Of a stretch of DNA of 64,000 nt, positions 51,248 to 59,897 are shown one piece after another; position 1 is the stretch's first letter, and the number at the start of each line of letters is the position of its first letter. The DNA lies in assembly GCA_038205745.1 (NCBI GenBank), contig JBBRBM010000003.1:3879-67878 (forward strand). The letters are read 5' to 3'. The translations under genes were made by a program, and so were the position numbers. The notes beneath the pieces were generated by a model, which was given only the letters and a program-made list of their open reading frames with translations, was not told the origin of the DNA and did not search any database. Origin of the DNA: Verrucomicrobiota bacterium (GTDB lineage: Bacteria; Verrucomicrobiota; Verrucomicrobiia; Limisphaerales; SIBH01).

Positions 51248-52753
51248 CTACTGGCTGCTTTGTCCTCTCCCCAAGACTTCCCGCCGCAATTGCTGCAAGG
51301 AGATGTTTTTGTATCGCGGATAAATGATCGGCGCGTTCGTGGAACCGTCGAACGAACCCCACACGCCGCTGCCAGATGCAGAATTCTCTCCGGGAAACTC
51401 ATCGAGAAACGCTGACTGGGTGCTGTTTACAAAATAGGGGAGCTGGTCCGAAAAGCTGATGCGAATCGGCGGTGCTATCACACCCGGGCCGTGGCTCAAG
51501 GCGGTTTCGTCCACACCGTTGATCAAATCATTGTCGGTCCAGTTCGCCGTGTCGCTGCGGAGCAGGAGAGCGGGGAGTAAATTGGCAACAAGTCCAATAT
51601 CCTCCGCCACAAAGACAAAATCCGGCTGCGTGATGCCACGGGCCACTGCTTGCACCACCATCGTAAAGTTCGAGCCAACCGCCACGTCCGTGTAGGCGTT
51701 GGTGATCGGCGTGAACGTCTGGCTAAAGATCGAATCGAAGAACACTCGTTGGAACCGCAGCTTGTTGCGCCCGCCCCGAAGCCCCTGGCTGAGGATCGAG
51801 TTCGTGCCGCCAATGACCACGTTCGTCACGCCCACCTGGTTCGTGATGCCGGTAAACGGCACCCACGCGCCCGACGCACCGAGGCCGGAGCCCAACCCGA
51901 CCGTCGGCAGGAGCGTTTCAACGGCCAGATTCTTCGGATCATAAAGAAACTTGATGCCGCCTACATCATCGCGAGTCAATCCCGTGCGGAACAACCCCGG
52001 CGCAATGCTTCCGGCCGGACCGGAATCAGCCACGCCGGTGAGAAACTTGAAGTGCGTGAGGCCCGTTGCCACCGGCACCGTCTCGTCATCGTTTCCGAAG
52101 CGGACTACTTCCAACGCATCCGCATGGTCGAAAGGAGGAGCAGCGAATTCCTGAATTTCGTAAGTGTAAAGCGTCCCGTTGACGTAACGCGACGGCGACA
52201 GCGTAACGGGATCGAAATTGCGCATGATGGTCACGTAGTTCGTGAACGACACGTTGTTCACGGTCGTCACAACCCGCGAGCGCAACGTGAACGTGTAGCG
52301 AATCGGGTCGGCGAACCCGAGTTCCTCCATGATCATCCCCATCGCAGTACTCTTGATATCGATGATCCCCAGCGCGCTCGCCTCGAAATTTTCACGCAGC
52401 GTCGAGGTCGAATATTCATCGAGGCTCGAACTGATCTGCGTCGATTTGGGCAGGTCGTTGAAATACTGGAACGCATCATCGATAGCCTTCGTCCCTTCCG
52501 AGCCGAAGTAATCAATGTACGATTTGTCGCAAGCGTAGGTAACCACGGGTACGTTCCAGCGAAAGCCTTCGCGCAGGTTCATCGGGCCGCCCAGGTCGCC
52601 GCCAAATCCATACGCCAGCCCGTTCACCTGCCATGAGGTGAGCGGACCCAGCAACGAGAACGCCTTCACTCCTGGAGTAGCAACCAACGCGATCACCGCC
52701 GCGCAAAGCTTGATCCATTTCGACATGTTCATGTGCATCGGGCGCGTCTTCAT
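51248..52753 (-). CDS. Secreted protein of unknown function (501 aa)
   Basis: The signal peptide is ...MSKWIKLCAAVIALVATPGVKA / FSLLGP. No catalytic motif was recognised. The start overlaps the upstream stop (ATGA at 52750-52753). Confidence 0.7.
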   Translation of the reverse strand: MKTRPMHMNMSKWIKLCAAVIALVATPGVKAFSLLGPLTSWQVNGLAYGFGGDLGGPMNLREGFRWNVPVVTYACDKSYIDYFGSEGTKAIDDAFQYFNDLPKSTQISSSLDEYSTSTLRENFEASALGIIDIKSTAMGMIMEELGFADPIRYTFTLRSRVVTTVNNVSFTNYVTIMRNFDPVTLSPSRYVNGTLYTYEIQEFAAPPFDHADALEVVRFGNDDETVPVATGLTHFKFLTGVADSGPAGSIAPGLFRTGLTRDDVGGIKFLYDPKNLAVETLLPTVGLGSGLGASGAWVPFTGITNQVGVTNVVIGGTNSILSQGLRGGRNKLRFQRVFFDSIFSQTFTPITNAYTDVAVGSNFTMVVQAVARGITQPDFVFVAEDIGLVANLLPALLLRSDTANWTDNDLINGVDETALSHGPGVIAPPIRISFSDQLPYFVNSTQSAFLDEFPGENSASGSGVWGSFDGSTNAPIIYPRYKNISLQQLRREVLGRGQSSQ

Positions 52754-54240
52754 TGAGCCGTGTAGCGTTGGCCAAACAAATCGAAGGCCGCTTCCGTTTG
52801 ATAACTCGACCAGATCACCATGGCGCGATTGTTCGCGTCCGCAGCGACGGCCGGATGGAATTGCCGCAAATACGTCGTCGTGTTCACGCGGAACTCGGTG
52901 CTCGTGATGTCGCCATCATTGAGCCAGCGACCGAAGACACCTTCACGTGAACCGTCCTGCGCGAGGCCCGTCCACACAACAAGCTGACCGCCGGGTGCGG
53001 CGGCAATCTGCGGGGTGAACTGGTCGCCGTAAGTGCGATTGTTGACGAGAAAACCTTCCGTGACGGCATTGCCTGACGGGCTGTAGGCACGAGCGTAAAT
53101 ATCGAGACTGTTCTCGCGCACCGAATCCTTCTGCGTCCATGTGATCGTGTATCCGCCACCTGCCGACGCGGCCACGCTCGGGCTGCTGCACGGCAAACCC
53201 GCCGTGTTCACCACGAACTCGTCCCCGACCGGTGTTCCATTGTTACTGAATACACGCCCGACGATATCGATCTGCCGGAGCAGTGCTTTGTTCGTGTCAC
53301 TACCGCGAATGATGAACGATTGCGCGACTGCGTCGTAATCCGCCCCGCTGCGCTGCAACTCGGAAGCCCACGCCAAAACGAAAGTTCCATCAGCGCGCGA
53401 CGCGATCGCAGGATTGCGCTGATTGAAAGCGCGAAACTGGTTGGCCAAGATCTCGCCGCCGATCTTTTCTCCCGTCGCCGTGAAGCGCTGAAAGTAAATG
53501 TCCTGCATCGAATCCATCTCGATCGGCACGGTCGTGAGCACAGTGTTGGTGATGCCGCGCTGGCCGCGCCATTTTACTTTCTCTGTGAGCACCTGCGTGG
53601 TGGCGGAAACTTTGCGCCCACTCGTGTATGCAACGATTACGGTGCCGTCAGACAACGTCGCTGCAACGGCTCCACCCGTGCGCTCGAGGTGGCGCTTGAA
53701 TGTTTCCTTGATGCGCACCGCGCGAAAACGCGCGTGATTATTTCGGATCATCGTCGCATTGATGGTAACACGATTGGCACTCTTTCCCTCAGGCGGGTTG
53801 ATCAGAATATCCTGCGCCGTCGTAAACGAGCCGTCCGCATTCAGGAAACGCGCGTAGATGTTTTGGAATCCTTGCTTGCCGCCCTGAAACACGACTGCGG
53901 CGCCACCGTTGCCCAGCAACGTCACGTGAGGTTTTTCCTGGTCACCCACGATCGTCTTGTTCACGCGCAACGCAGCGCCGACCGGATTGAGATTCTCATC
54001 CAGCTTGCGCGCGCCGATGCCAAACCCTTTGCCATCAATGAAGGGATCCTGCCAGACCACCCATCCGCCAGCCGGACTGATCGCGAGGCTGGGAGCGGTT
54101 TGGTCACCTGGAAGCGGGCCGGAGATGGCGGATTCTCCGCCCAGGGGATTAAAAACTGTGCCTGCAAAAACCAGCGTTACGGTCGCGAAAAAAAGTCCGC
54201 TTAGGACAATCCACTTCCGGACGCACGACGCAGGTGACAT
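52750..54240 (-). CDS. Secreted seven-unit repeat protein (probable beta-propeller), function unknown
   Basis: ATG 54240 gives MSPASCVRKWIVLSGLFFATVTLVFAG. Seven ~50-aa units share the pattern (F)xVNxxxxGxQxxPxxAxxxxGxxxxxWxx...G(R)x(F/Y)xxxGxxxxxEF, e.g. EFRVNTTTYLRQFHPAVAADANNRAMVIWSS and GFLVNNRTYGDQFTPQIAAAPGGQLVVWTG. Confidence 0.7.
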   Translation of the reverse strand: MSPASCVRKWIVLSGLFFATVTLVFAGTVFNPLGGESAISGPLPGDQTAPSLAISPAGGWVVWQDPFIDGKGFGIGARKLDENLNPVGAALRVNKTIVGDQEKPHVTLLGNGGAAVVFQGGKQGFQNIYARFLNADGSFTTAQDILINPPEGKSANRVTINATMIRNNHARFRAVRIKETFKRHLERTGGAVAATLSDGTVIVAYTSGRKVSATTQVLTEKVKWRGQRGITNTVLTTVPIEMDSMQDIYFQRFTATGEKIGGEILANQFRAFNQRNPAIASRADGTFVLAWASELQRSGADYDAVAQSFIIRGSDTNKALLRQIDIVGRVFSNNGTPVGDEFVVNTAGLPCSSPSVAASAGGGYTITWTQKDSVRENSLDIYARAYSPSGNAVTEGFLVNNRTYGDQFTPQIAAAPGGQLVVWTGLAQDGSREGVFGRWLNDGDITSTEFRVNTTTYLRQFHPAVAADANNRAMVIWSSYQTEAAFDLFGQRYTAQ

Positions 54241-54335
54241 AGGCTTGGAATTATTATCAATCGTGGTTTTCTTTGTCCACGCTTTCTTGCCCAATCTGGC
54301 TTCAACACGTGGCAAAATGACTGTCAGATGAGTCG

Positions 54336-55229
54336 TCACAACAAACTTCCCTGGGTGGATTGCGTCGCGTCGAGCTGCGCGAGCAATGTTTTGAATCCCC
54401 ACTTCGCATAGAGCGGGCGCAATCGCATCGCGTCGGGAGCGCGCACGGCGAGTTTCTCGAGCTGAAAGTCACACGGCAGATCTGCGTGCAGGCGGATCAA
54501 TTTCTGATTGCGGCGCACGATCGACTCGGCGTCCTGAAGGTTTGCGCGAATGCGCTCGGACTTCACCTCACCAAGCCGCGAGTACATCGCGTCAATCCTG
54601 CCGAACTGCTTCAGCAGATCAGTCGCCGTCTTCGGGCCGACGCCCGGCACGCCTTTGATGTTGTCCACGGAGTCGCCGATTAGACTAAGCCAGTCGACCA
54701 CTTGCTCCGGGTCAAGGCCGGTTTTCGCGCGCACCTGATCGATCCTCCAAATGGTTTCCGATTTGTCGTTCGGATTAAGCAGCCCCACATGGTCGGAAAC
54801 GAGCTGGAGAAAATCCTTGTCCGCGCTGGCGATCACCACTTCCACGCCGCCTCGAACGGCGCAATCGGCCTGGCTCGCGATCCAATCATCCGCCTCGACG
54901 CCTTCGTTCACGAAAGACGGGATGGTGGATGCTGCTAGAAAACTCTCGATCTCTGGCAGTTGTTTTTCCAGATCGCCGGGCATGGGCGGGCGTTGGATTT
55001 TATATTCGGGCAATGCCGCCATGCGCTTCTCGCAGAGCCCGCCGTCCCAGACGACACAGTGGTGCGTCGGCTGGAGCGTGGTTTCCATTTTCAAAAGCAT
55101 CTTGATGAAGCCGTAGATCGCGTTGGTCGGCGCGCCATCCGGGCCATTCAAACTCTGGATCGCATGGAAGGCCCGATACGCGTAAGCGTGGCCATCAACG
55201 ATCAGCAGACGTGGCGAAGCAGCTTGCAT
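54336..55229 (-). CDS. Stand-alone 5'-3' exonuclease (Pol I N-terminal / FEN-like domain)
   Basis: LLIVDGHAYAYRAFHA, VVIASADKDFLQLV and the H3TH motif DNIKGVPGVGPKTATDLLKQFG. ATG 55229 was chosen as the start. Confidence 0.8.
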   Translation of the reverse strand: MQAASPRLLIVDGHAYAYRAFHAIQSLNGPDGAPTNAIYGFIKMLLKMETTLQPTHHCVVWDGGLCEKRMAALPEYKIQRPPMPGDLEKQLPEIESFLAASTIPSFVNEGVEADDWIASQADCAVRGGVEVVIASADKDFLQLVSDHVGLLNPNDKSETIWRIDQVRAKTGLDPEQVVDWLSLIGDSVDNIKGVPGVGPKTATDLLKQFGRIDAMYSRLGEVKSERIRANLQDAESIVRRNQKLIRLHADLPCDFQLEKLAVRAPDAMRLRPLYAKWGFKTLLAQLDATQSTQGSLL

Positions 55230-55282
55230 CCGAAGAACGGTTGCGCGACTTGCCCTGCGGCGATGGCACAACCTCGTTCAGG

Positions 55283-58150
55283 TTACGGCGTAATCACCCG
55301 CGGCAACTGCAACGGAGCTGAATGCTGCGCCGCGAACGGCATCTCCTCGTCCGAGTGCATCCGATTGCCGGCCGGATCGATCAACGTCGGCGTGACGAAA
55401 ATAACGAGATTTTTCTTGTCGCTCCGGTTCGACTCGCTGCGAAAGAAACGTCCGAGAAACGGCAGGTCGCCGAGCACTGGAACTTTGTCCTTCTGCTTCT
55501 GGACGTTTTCCGAAATCAACCCGCCGAGGACGACCGTCTGGCCGTCCCAGACCATCACCGTCGTCGCGACCGTGCGCAGGCGGAACTTGGGCAGAGGCGT
55601 TTGCTGCACGAGCGCCGTCGTCGGCGGTCCACTGCCGCCCACGGATTGCGCTTGCGCGACAAAAGCGCTGGCATCGTCGTAACCAAGAAACTCTTTCAAC
55701 GACGGCAACAACGTCATCGTGATCGTGTACCCGTCTGCATTCACGTACGGCACCACGTCGAGAACTGGACCGAGTTCAAAGGGTTCGGTGATCGGCTGAA
55801 CGGTTGTGCCGATGCCACCGCCCGTGGTCACCGCTCCCGCGCCCCCCAACCCGCCGCCGGCTGCCGTCTGATTCAGGTCCAGATCAGTGACGATGTACTT
55901 CACGTCCACCACTTTGATCTGCGCCTGCCGTCCGCTCATGGTCGTAACTTCAGGACAGCTCAACAAGTCGGTGCCGCCGCGCTGTTCGAGCGCGCGCACC
56001 ACGAACTTGAATTGCGGATCGGTCAGAATGCCGGTGACCGATGCGAGCGCCGGAGCACTGTTGCGCAAACCACCGGTGAGCAAACTGTCCGTGCCGGATG
56101 CCGGAGTGGCGAACGGTCCCGGCACACCCGGTGCGGATCCCGGTCCGGGAAACCAACCGCTCGGATTCGCGGGTGTCGGCGCGCCTTGATAACTCGGAGC
56201 AGTGCCCGCCTGCGCACCGATCGCTCCGTGGTTCAGCAACGTGTTGCCCAGATACCAATCGAAACCGAGGGCTCGATTGTCATCCTGCGTCACTTCCATG
56301 AACTTCGCGCGGATGGTCAATTGCGGCGGCGCCATGTTGAGCATCTGCACCGCTTTCTCGATCGTGTCGAGATCCTGCAACGTCGCCCGCACCATGAGCA
56401 CGCCGAGACGGTCGTTGAAGAAGACCGCCTTGCCGACATCGTCGAGATTCACGCCCGCCGTGCTGAAGAACAACTTCACCTGCGGGATGACAATCGCTGA
56501 AGGAGTGACGTCGGTAAGAAATTCGATGCCGCCGGAACCTTGGGGCAAGGCTCCACCACCAGCACCACCCGCCTGCGCGCCTGCGCGGCCAGGTTGTGCG
56601 GCACGACCGCCGCCAGCCTGCTGGCCTCCTCGGCCTCCGCCGCCGCCGGGTGCGATGGAAACGGTGGCGTAGGATGCGCCGCCGCCGCTACTGTTACCGT
56701 TCTGATTATTGCCGCCTTGATTGTTGCCGCCGCCACCACGATTACCCCCGCCGCCGCCACCACGATTACCGCCGCCGCCACCACCCCGTCCACCACCACC
56801 ACCACCACCACCGCCGCCACCACCGCCGTTTTGCGCTGCGCCAAAGTCCAATGATGTCACGTTGGCGAGACCTTGCCAGAAGGTGTTCGGATCGACTTTG
56901 AAGAAGCGCGTGTGCAGTGGAACCGCTTCCACCGGCTTCGGCGAAATCACAACGCCCCAGTCTTCGACCGAGTATTTGATTTTCTTGTCCGCGACCATCG
57001 TGACGATGTTGAGCGCTTCCTCGAGCGAGATGTCGCGCAACGGGGTGCTGATCGTAATCGTGACGCCACCGACAAGATCGAGCGTCTCCCCGCCGGGCGC
57101 AGGCAATTCCGCGCCGGGAATTGGCCCTCCGCCGGGGAAACCGGGTCCGCCGGGAAATCCCGTGGTGGGTGGCGCCGTGGCGGTATCCGCATTCGGGCTG
57201 ATCAGGAAATTCACGCCCTTGGTCGCGGGATTCGGATCAAGATCTCGGCGGCGCGCCTCGGCATTCAACTGCGAAATCACCTCGCCAAGTGGAAGCTTGT
57301 CCACCATGAACTCGTTCAGGCGAATCCGCTGCAGCTTGTCGTAGACTTTCTGCCGTCCGGAGCCGGTATACACGATGTTGGTCCGCGCATAAATGTTCGG
57401 CACCGGCAGCGTTTCACGCTTCACGTTGTCCGCCCATTGGCGCTCGACTTCGAGCATCATCTGCTTGGAGTTCACGTCGCGCAGACGCAGTTCTTCCGAG
57501 TAACGGCGGGCATTGACGAGATCGAGATAGTACGCGGCTGCCTTATTGTTCGGATCGAGCTTGATCGAGGCGCGCAAAGCCTTTTCGGATTCGTTCAAAC
57601 GTCCGGTTTCGTAAAACAGCTTTCCGTCCTGCACGAGCTTGGCCACTTCCACGCGGTTGGTCTCGGTCAACTCAATGATCTTGAGCGTGCTGTCGTGCGG
57701 CATCTTGTCGTACGTCTCGGCGATCATGCGGTTGTTCCTGGTCCGCATGTCGAGCGCGAGCTTGTTCTTGGGATCTTCGGTCAGCACGCGGTCGAGGTGG
57801 ACCTTGGCTCCGGCAAAATTACCGCTGCGCATCTCATTATCCGCGATGGCCAGCGTGGTTCGCCCGAGACCTGCGACGGCTTCCGTGCGTTGCGGTTCGA
57901 TGACGCCGCCGATCTCGCGCAGCGACTGCAACGCTTTGTTGTACATCTGGGACGCGGGCACGATGTCCCGCTGGACTTCGAGCGTGCGTCCCTGGTCGAT
58001 GAGGTTGCGAGCCTCCATCAACTTGTTTTCTCGGCGCACCGCCGCATCGATCGCAGCTTGCGTTTCAGGAGGGACGTCTTGGGCGTGAAGCACTGGCGTC
58101 GCAGCCAGGGCGACGGCCAGACACAGCGAAGGAAAGACAGCATGATTCAT
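55283..58150 (-). CDS. Secretin (PilQ/GspD family) with an N-terminal TPR-like region and a ~100-aa Gly/Arg/Asn-rich insert
   Basis: The signal peptide is MNHAVFPSLCLAVALAATPVLHA. The secretin core includes LTIRAKFMEVTQDDNRALGFDW and KDKVPVLGDLPFLGRFFRSESNRSDKKNLVIFVTPTLI. By position it matches Amuc_1098 in the Akkermansia cluster. Confidence 0.85.
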   Translation of the reverse strand: MNHAVFPSLCLAVALAATPVLHAQDVPPETQAAIDAAVRRENKLMEARNLIDQGRTLEVQRDIVPASQMYNKALQSLREIGGVIEPQRTEAVAGLGRTTLAIADNEMRSGNFAGAKVHLDRVLTEDPKNKLALDMRTRNNRMIAETYDKMPHDSTLKIIELTETNRVEVAKLVQDGKLFYETGRLNESEKALRASIKLDPNNKAAAYYLDLVNARRYSEELRLRDVNSKQMMLEVERQWADNVKRETLPVPNIYARTNIVYTGSGRQKVYDKLQRIRLNEFMVDKLPLGEVISQLNAEARRRDLDPNPATKGVNFLISPNADTATAPPTTGFPGGPGFPGGGPIPGAELPAPGGETLDLVGGVTITISTPLRDISLEEALNIVTMVADKKIKYSVEDWGVVISPKPVEAVPLHTRFFKVDPNTFWQGLANVTSLDFGAAQNGGGGGGGGGGGGGRGGGGGGNRGGGGGGNRGGGGNNQGGNNQNGNSSGGGASYATVSIAPGGGGGRGGQQAGGGRAAQPGRAGAQAGGAGGGALPQGSGGIEFLTDVTPSAIVIPQVKLFFSTAGVNLDDVGKAVFFNDRLGVLMVRATLQDLDTIEKAVQMLNMAPPQLTIRAKFMEVTQDDNRALGFDWYLGNTLLNHGAIGAQAGTAPSYQGAPTPANPSGWFPGPGSAPGVPGPFATPASGTDSLLTGGLRNSAPALASVTGILTDPQFKFVVRALEQRGGTDLLSCPEVTTMSGRQAQIKVVDVKYIVTDLDLNQTAAGGGLGGAGAVTTGGGIGTTVQPITEPFELGPVLDVVPYVNADGYTITMTLLPSLKEFLGYDDASAFVAQAQSVGGSGPPTTALVQQTPLPKFRLRTVATTVMVWDGQTVVLGGLISENVQKQKDKVPVLGDLPFLGRFFRSESNRSDKKNLVIFVTPTLIDPAGNRMHSDEEMPFAAQHSAPLQLPRVITP
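56727..56784 (-). repeat. In-frame 24-nt tandem repeat (~2.5 copies) encoding RGGGGGGN units
   Basis: ccgccgccaccacgattacc occurs at 56727-56746 and again at 56751-56770. A partial third copy starts at 56772. Confidence 0.85.
56791..56811 (-). repeat. (CAC)7 / (GTG)7 trinucleotide microsatellite within a poly-Gly coding run
   Basis: caccaccaccaccaccaccac read on the + strand. Confidence 0.85.
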
Positions 58151-58190
58151 CGTGTGCGTAACTCAGAATATGGGAAGACAAGGCAAAGCA

Positions 58191-58988
58191 TTATTTACGA
58201 ATCGTTGCACGTCGATTGTTTGAACTTGCGGACACTACAACCTCGTTTTCCGTGATAGCAACGATATTGTATTCTTCACCGCCCACAGTCAGCTTGTCGC
58301 CGACGCGCAGGTCTTTGAACGAGAGCTTGGGCTCGGGCGGATACGTCAAATCCGCCTTGTAGCCTTCCACTTCGGTGTAGGGCTTTTCCAACGTGACACT
58401 CGTTTTTTTCCCGTCCGCCAGTTCAATGACGGCTTCCGGTTGCTCAGGCGTGCCGCGAATGTCGCGCAATGTAAAAAGCTTCGAGGTGTGCTGCGTGTTG
58501 GTGGTGACGTATTGCGAAATCTTTATTCGCGCGCGGGCGTTCGTGGCCGCCTCCTGAACCGCGCTCATGTACAATCCACCCGGTGTCACACGGTCCACGG
58601 CGACAATCGTCCTCAATGGCGCGGTGTTCACCAATTTGAGAGCAGCACCGCCGACTTCCGTTCCTTTTTCGATTTTGAGCAGGGAGCCATCGGGCTTCTT
58701 CTGCCACGTCACGGGATTGACCAAGTTGTGCGGCAAACCGAAATCGAGCGCTGGCGGGTTCTTCGCTTTTTCAAGGGCGCCGGAAAGCTGCGCGAGATCG
58801 ACGGAAGGAACTTCCTTGCCCTTCTTCTTCTGCACGTTGCGATCGTACTCGCGAATCTTGTCTTCCTCGGCCTGGCGCACACCATACAGGTAAACGACCG
58901 CGCCGAGGAAACCGATCAACGCGAGCGCGACAATCACCTTCTCGTAGTGTTTCGCAAACAGGCCGCCAATTTTTCGCAGGAAGTTCAT
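58191..58988 (-). CDS. Single-pass membrane protein in the PilP position (Amuc_1099-position homologue), function unknown
   Basis: The N-terminal TM is VIVALALIGFLGAVVYLY. Its start overlaps the upstream stop (ATGA at 58985-58988). It lies between the PilO-position gene and the secretin. Confidence 0.6.
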   Translation of the reverse strand: MNFLRKIGGLFAKHYEKVIVALALIGFLGAVVYLYGVRQAEEDKIREYDRNVQKKKGKEVPSVDLAQLSGALEKAKNPPALDFGLPHNLVNPVTWQKKPDGSLLKIEKGTEVGGAALKLVNTAPLRTIVAVDRVTPGGLYMSAVQEAATNARARIKISQYVTTNTQHTSKLFTLRDIRGTPEQPEAVIELADGKKTSVTLEKPYTEVEGYKADLTYPPEPKLSFKDLRVGDKLTVGGEEYNIVAITENEVVVSASSNNRRATIRK

Positions 58989-59896
58989 CGCGCTGGTTTG
59001 ATCACTTCCACTTTGAGCACCACGCGCAGCAGGCGCTCCCTGAGAATCGTTTCAAGCCCGGACGGAGCAGCCGCGGCGGGGCGGGATCCGCCTCGACCAC
59101 CTCGACCAGGCGGCGCATTGCCAGGAACCGGCGCTGCTCCTGGTTGCTGTCGGGTGGGCAGCGGTTCAGCAGGTTCAACCACCACCGACCGCACGACGTA
59201 AGCCTCCGGCATGCGCGAGATGCCTTCGATCACCGCTGCCAGTTCCGGCGAGAAGGAATGAAAAACGATTTCGTAGGGCCACATCACCATGCCCGCGTCG
59301 GCATTGAAGTGCGGAGCCTCAGGCAGGTAATCCCCCGCAGAATTCGCACCCGGGATTTCATCCGTCACGCGCGCACGGCGAATCGATTCCAGCCGGTTCA
59401 CCTTGCCCTTGAACAGGAGCGACGACAGTTGCTTCACCTCCGCGAGCCTTTCGCTCAAGGGTTGCAGGCTCCCGGGTGGAAACGACGCGGAAGGCCATTG
59501 GCTCGCGAAGCTGAAATGGTAGTTGGTCTCGACGCGAATGCCCGCTGCGCTCGCTTCCTTCACCAGCTCCGCCACCGTGTTGTGCAGAAGCGACGCAAAC
59601 GATTGATTGTTCAACGGAGTTGTCGGCAAGAGGGATGGGGGGAAGAATTTCTGCGCTTCCGCCGTGAAGTCGGCCACACGCTTGATCTCCCGCTGCGCGA
59701 CCGCAATGTTGCTCGGACTCGGATAATAAGGTGCTCCAATAAGCCGATCCAACTCAGCCTTCAAGCCGCCGATCTCATTATCGACGCCTTTGTTCTTATC
59801 CATCGCGCGCATGAGATACCAGCCGCCAAAACCGATTAAGCCAATCGCTACGGCGGCACTGATCACCACGACGAGATGTCTTTTGAACCAGGCCAT
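58985..59896 (-). CDS. Amuc_1100-family pilus-associated protein (PilO position)
   Basis: An N-terminal TM (VVVISAAVAIGLIGFGGWYL) is followed by a coiled coil. The blocks WPYEIVFHSFSPELAAVIEGISRMPEAYVVRSVVVEP and RERLLRVVLKVEVIKP are collinear with my recollection of A. muciniphila Amuc_1100 (PLEIAFQGDRESVLKAMNAITGMQDYLFTVNSIRI...; KEQVFVQVSLNLVHF). Synteny is the same (secretin, hypothetical, Amuc_1100, PilM-like). Confidence 0.6.
   Translation of the reverse strand: MAWFKRHLVVVISAAVAIGLIGFGGWYLMRAMDKNKGVDNEIGGLKAELDRLIGAPYYPSPSNIAVAQREIKRVADFTAEAQKFFPPSLLPTTPLNNQSFASLLHNTVAELVKEASAAGIRVETNYHFSFASQWPSASFPPGSLQPLSERLAEVKQLSSLLFKGKVNRLESIRRARVTDEIPGANSAGDYLPEAPHFNADAGMVMWPYEIVFHSFSPELAAVIEGISRMPEAYVVRSVVVEPAEPLPTRQQPGAAPVPGNAPPGRGGRGGSRPAAAAPSGLETILRERLLRVVLKVEVIKPAR
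59057..59164 (-). other. Pro/Gly/Arg-rich low-complexity segment (PLPTRQQPGAAPVPGNAPPGRGGRGGSRPAAAAPSG)
   Basis: Read from the translation. Coordinates were derived by counting back from the stop. Confidence 0.8.
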
Positions 59897-59897
59897 C

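Larger units (their letters stand above)
56531..56839 (-). other. Gly/Arg/Asn/Gln low-complexity insert in the secretin (residues ~438-540)
   Basis: AAQNGGGGGGGGGGGGGRGGGGGGNRGGGGGGNRGGGGNNQGGNNQNGNSSGGG...GGGGGRGGQQAGGGRAAQPGRAGAQAGGAGGGALPQGSGG. Confidence 0.9.

Noticed and set aside
54251-54279. Sigma70-like element on the minus strand upstream of the seven-repeat gene: TGGACA (54274-54279), N17, TAATAA (54251-54256).
   Set aside because: The match to consensus is only moderate. The -10 element would sit ~10 nt from the ATG, implying a near-leaderless mRNA. PVC promoter rules are poorly known. I cannot support it without TSS data.
56531-56839. Highly repetitive G/C-rich DNA that could be mistaken for a non-coding repeat array or CRISPR-like structure.
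   Set aside because: It lies in frame inside the secretin ORF and encodes poly-Gly/Arg. It has no spacer-repeat organisation, and the repeat units are 3-24 nt. There are no cas genes in the window.
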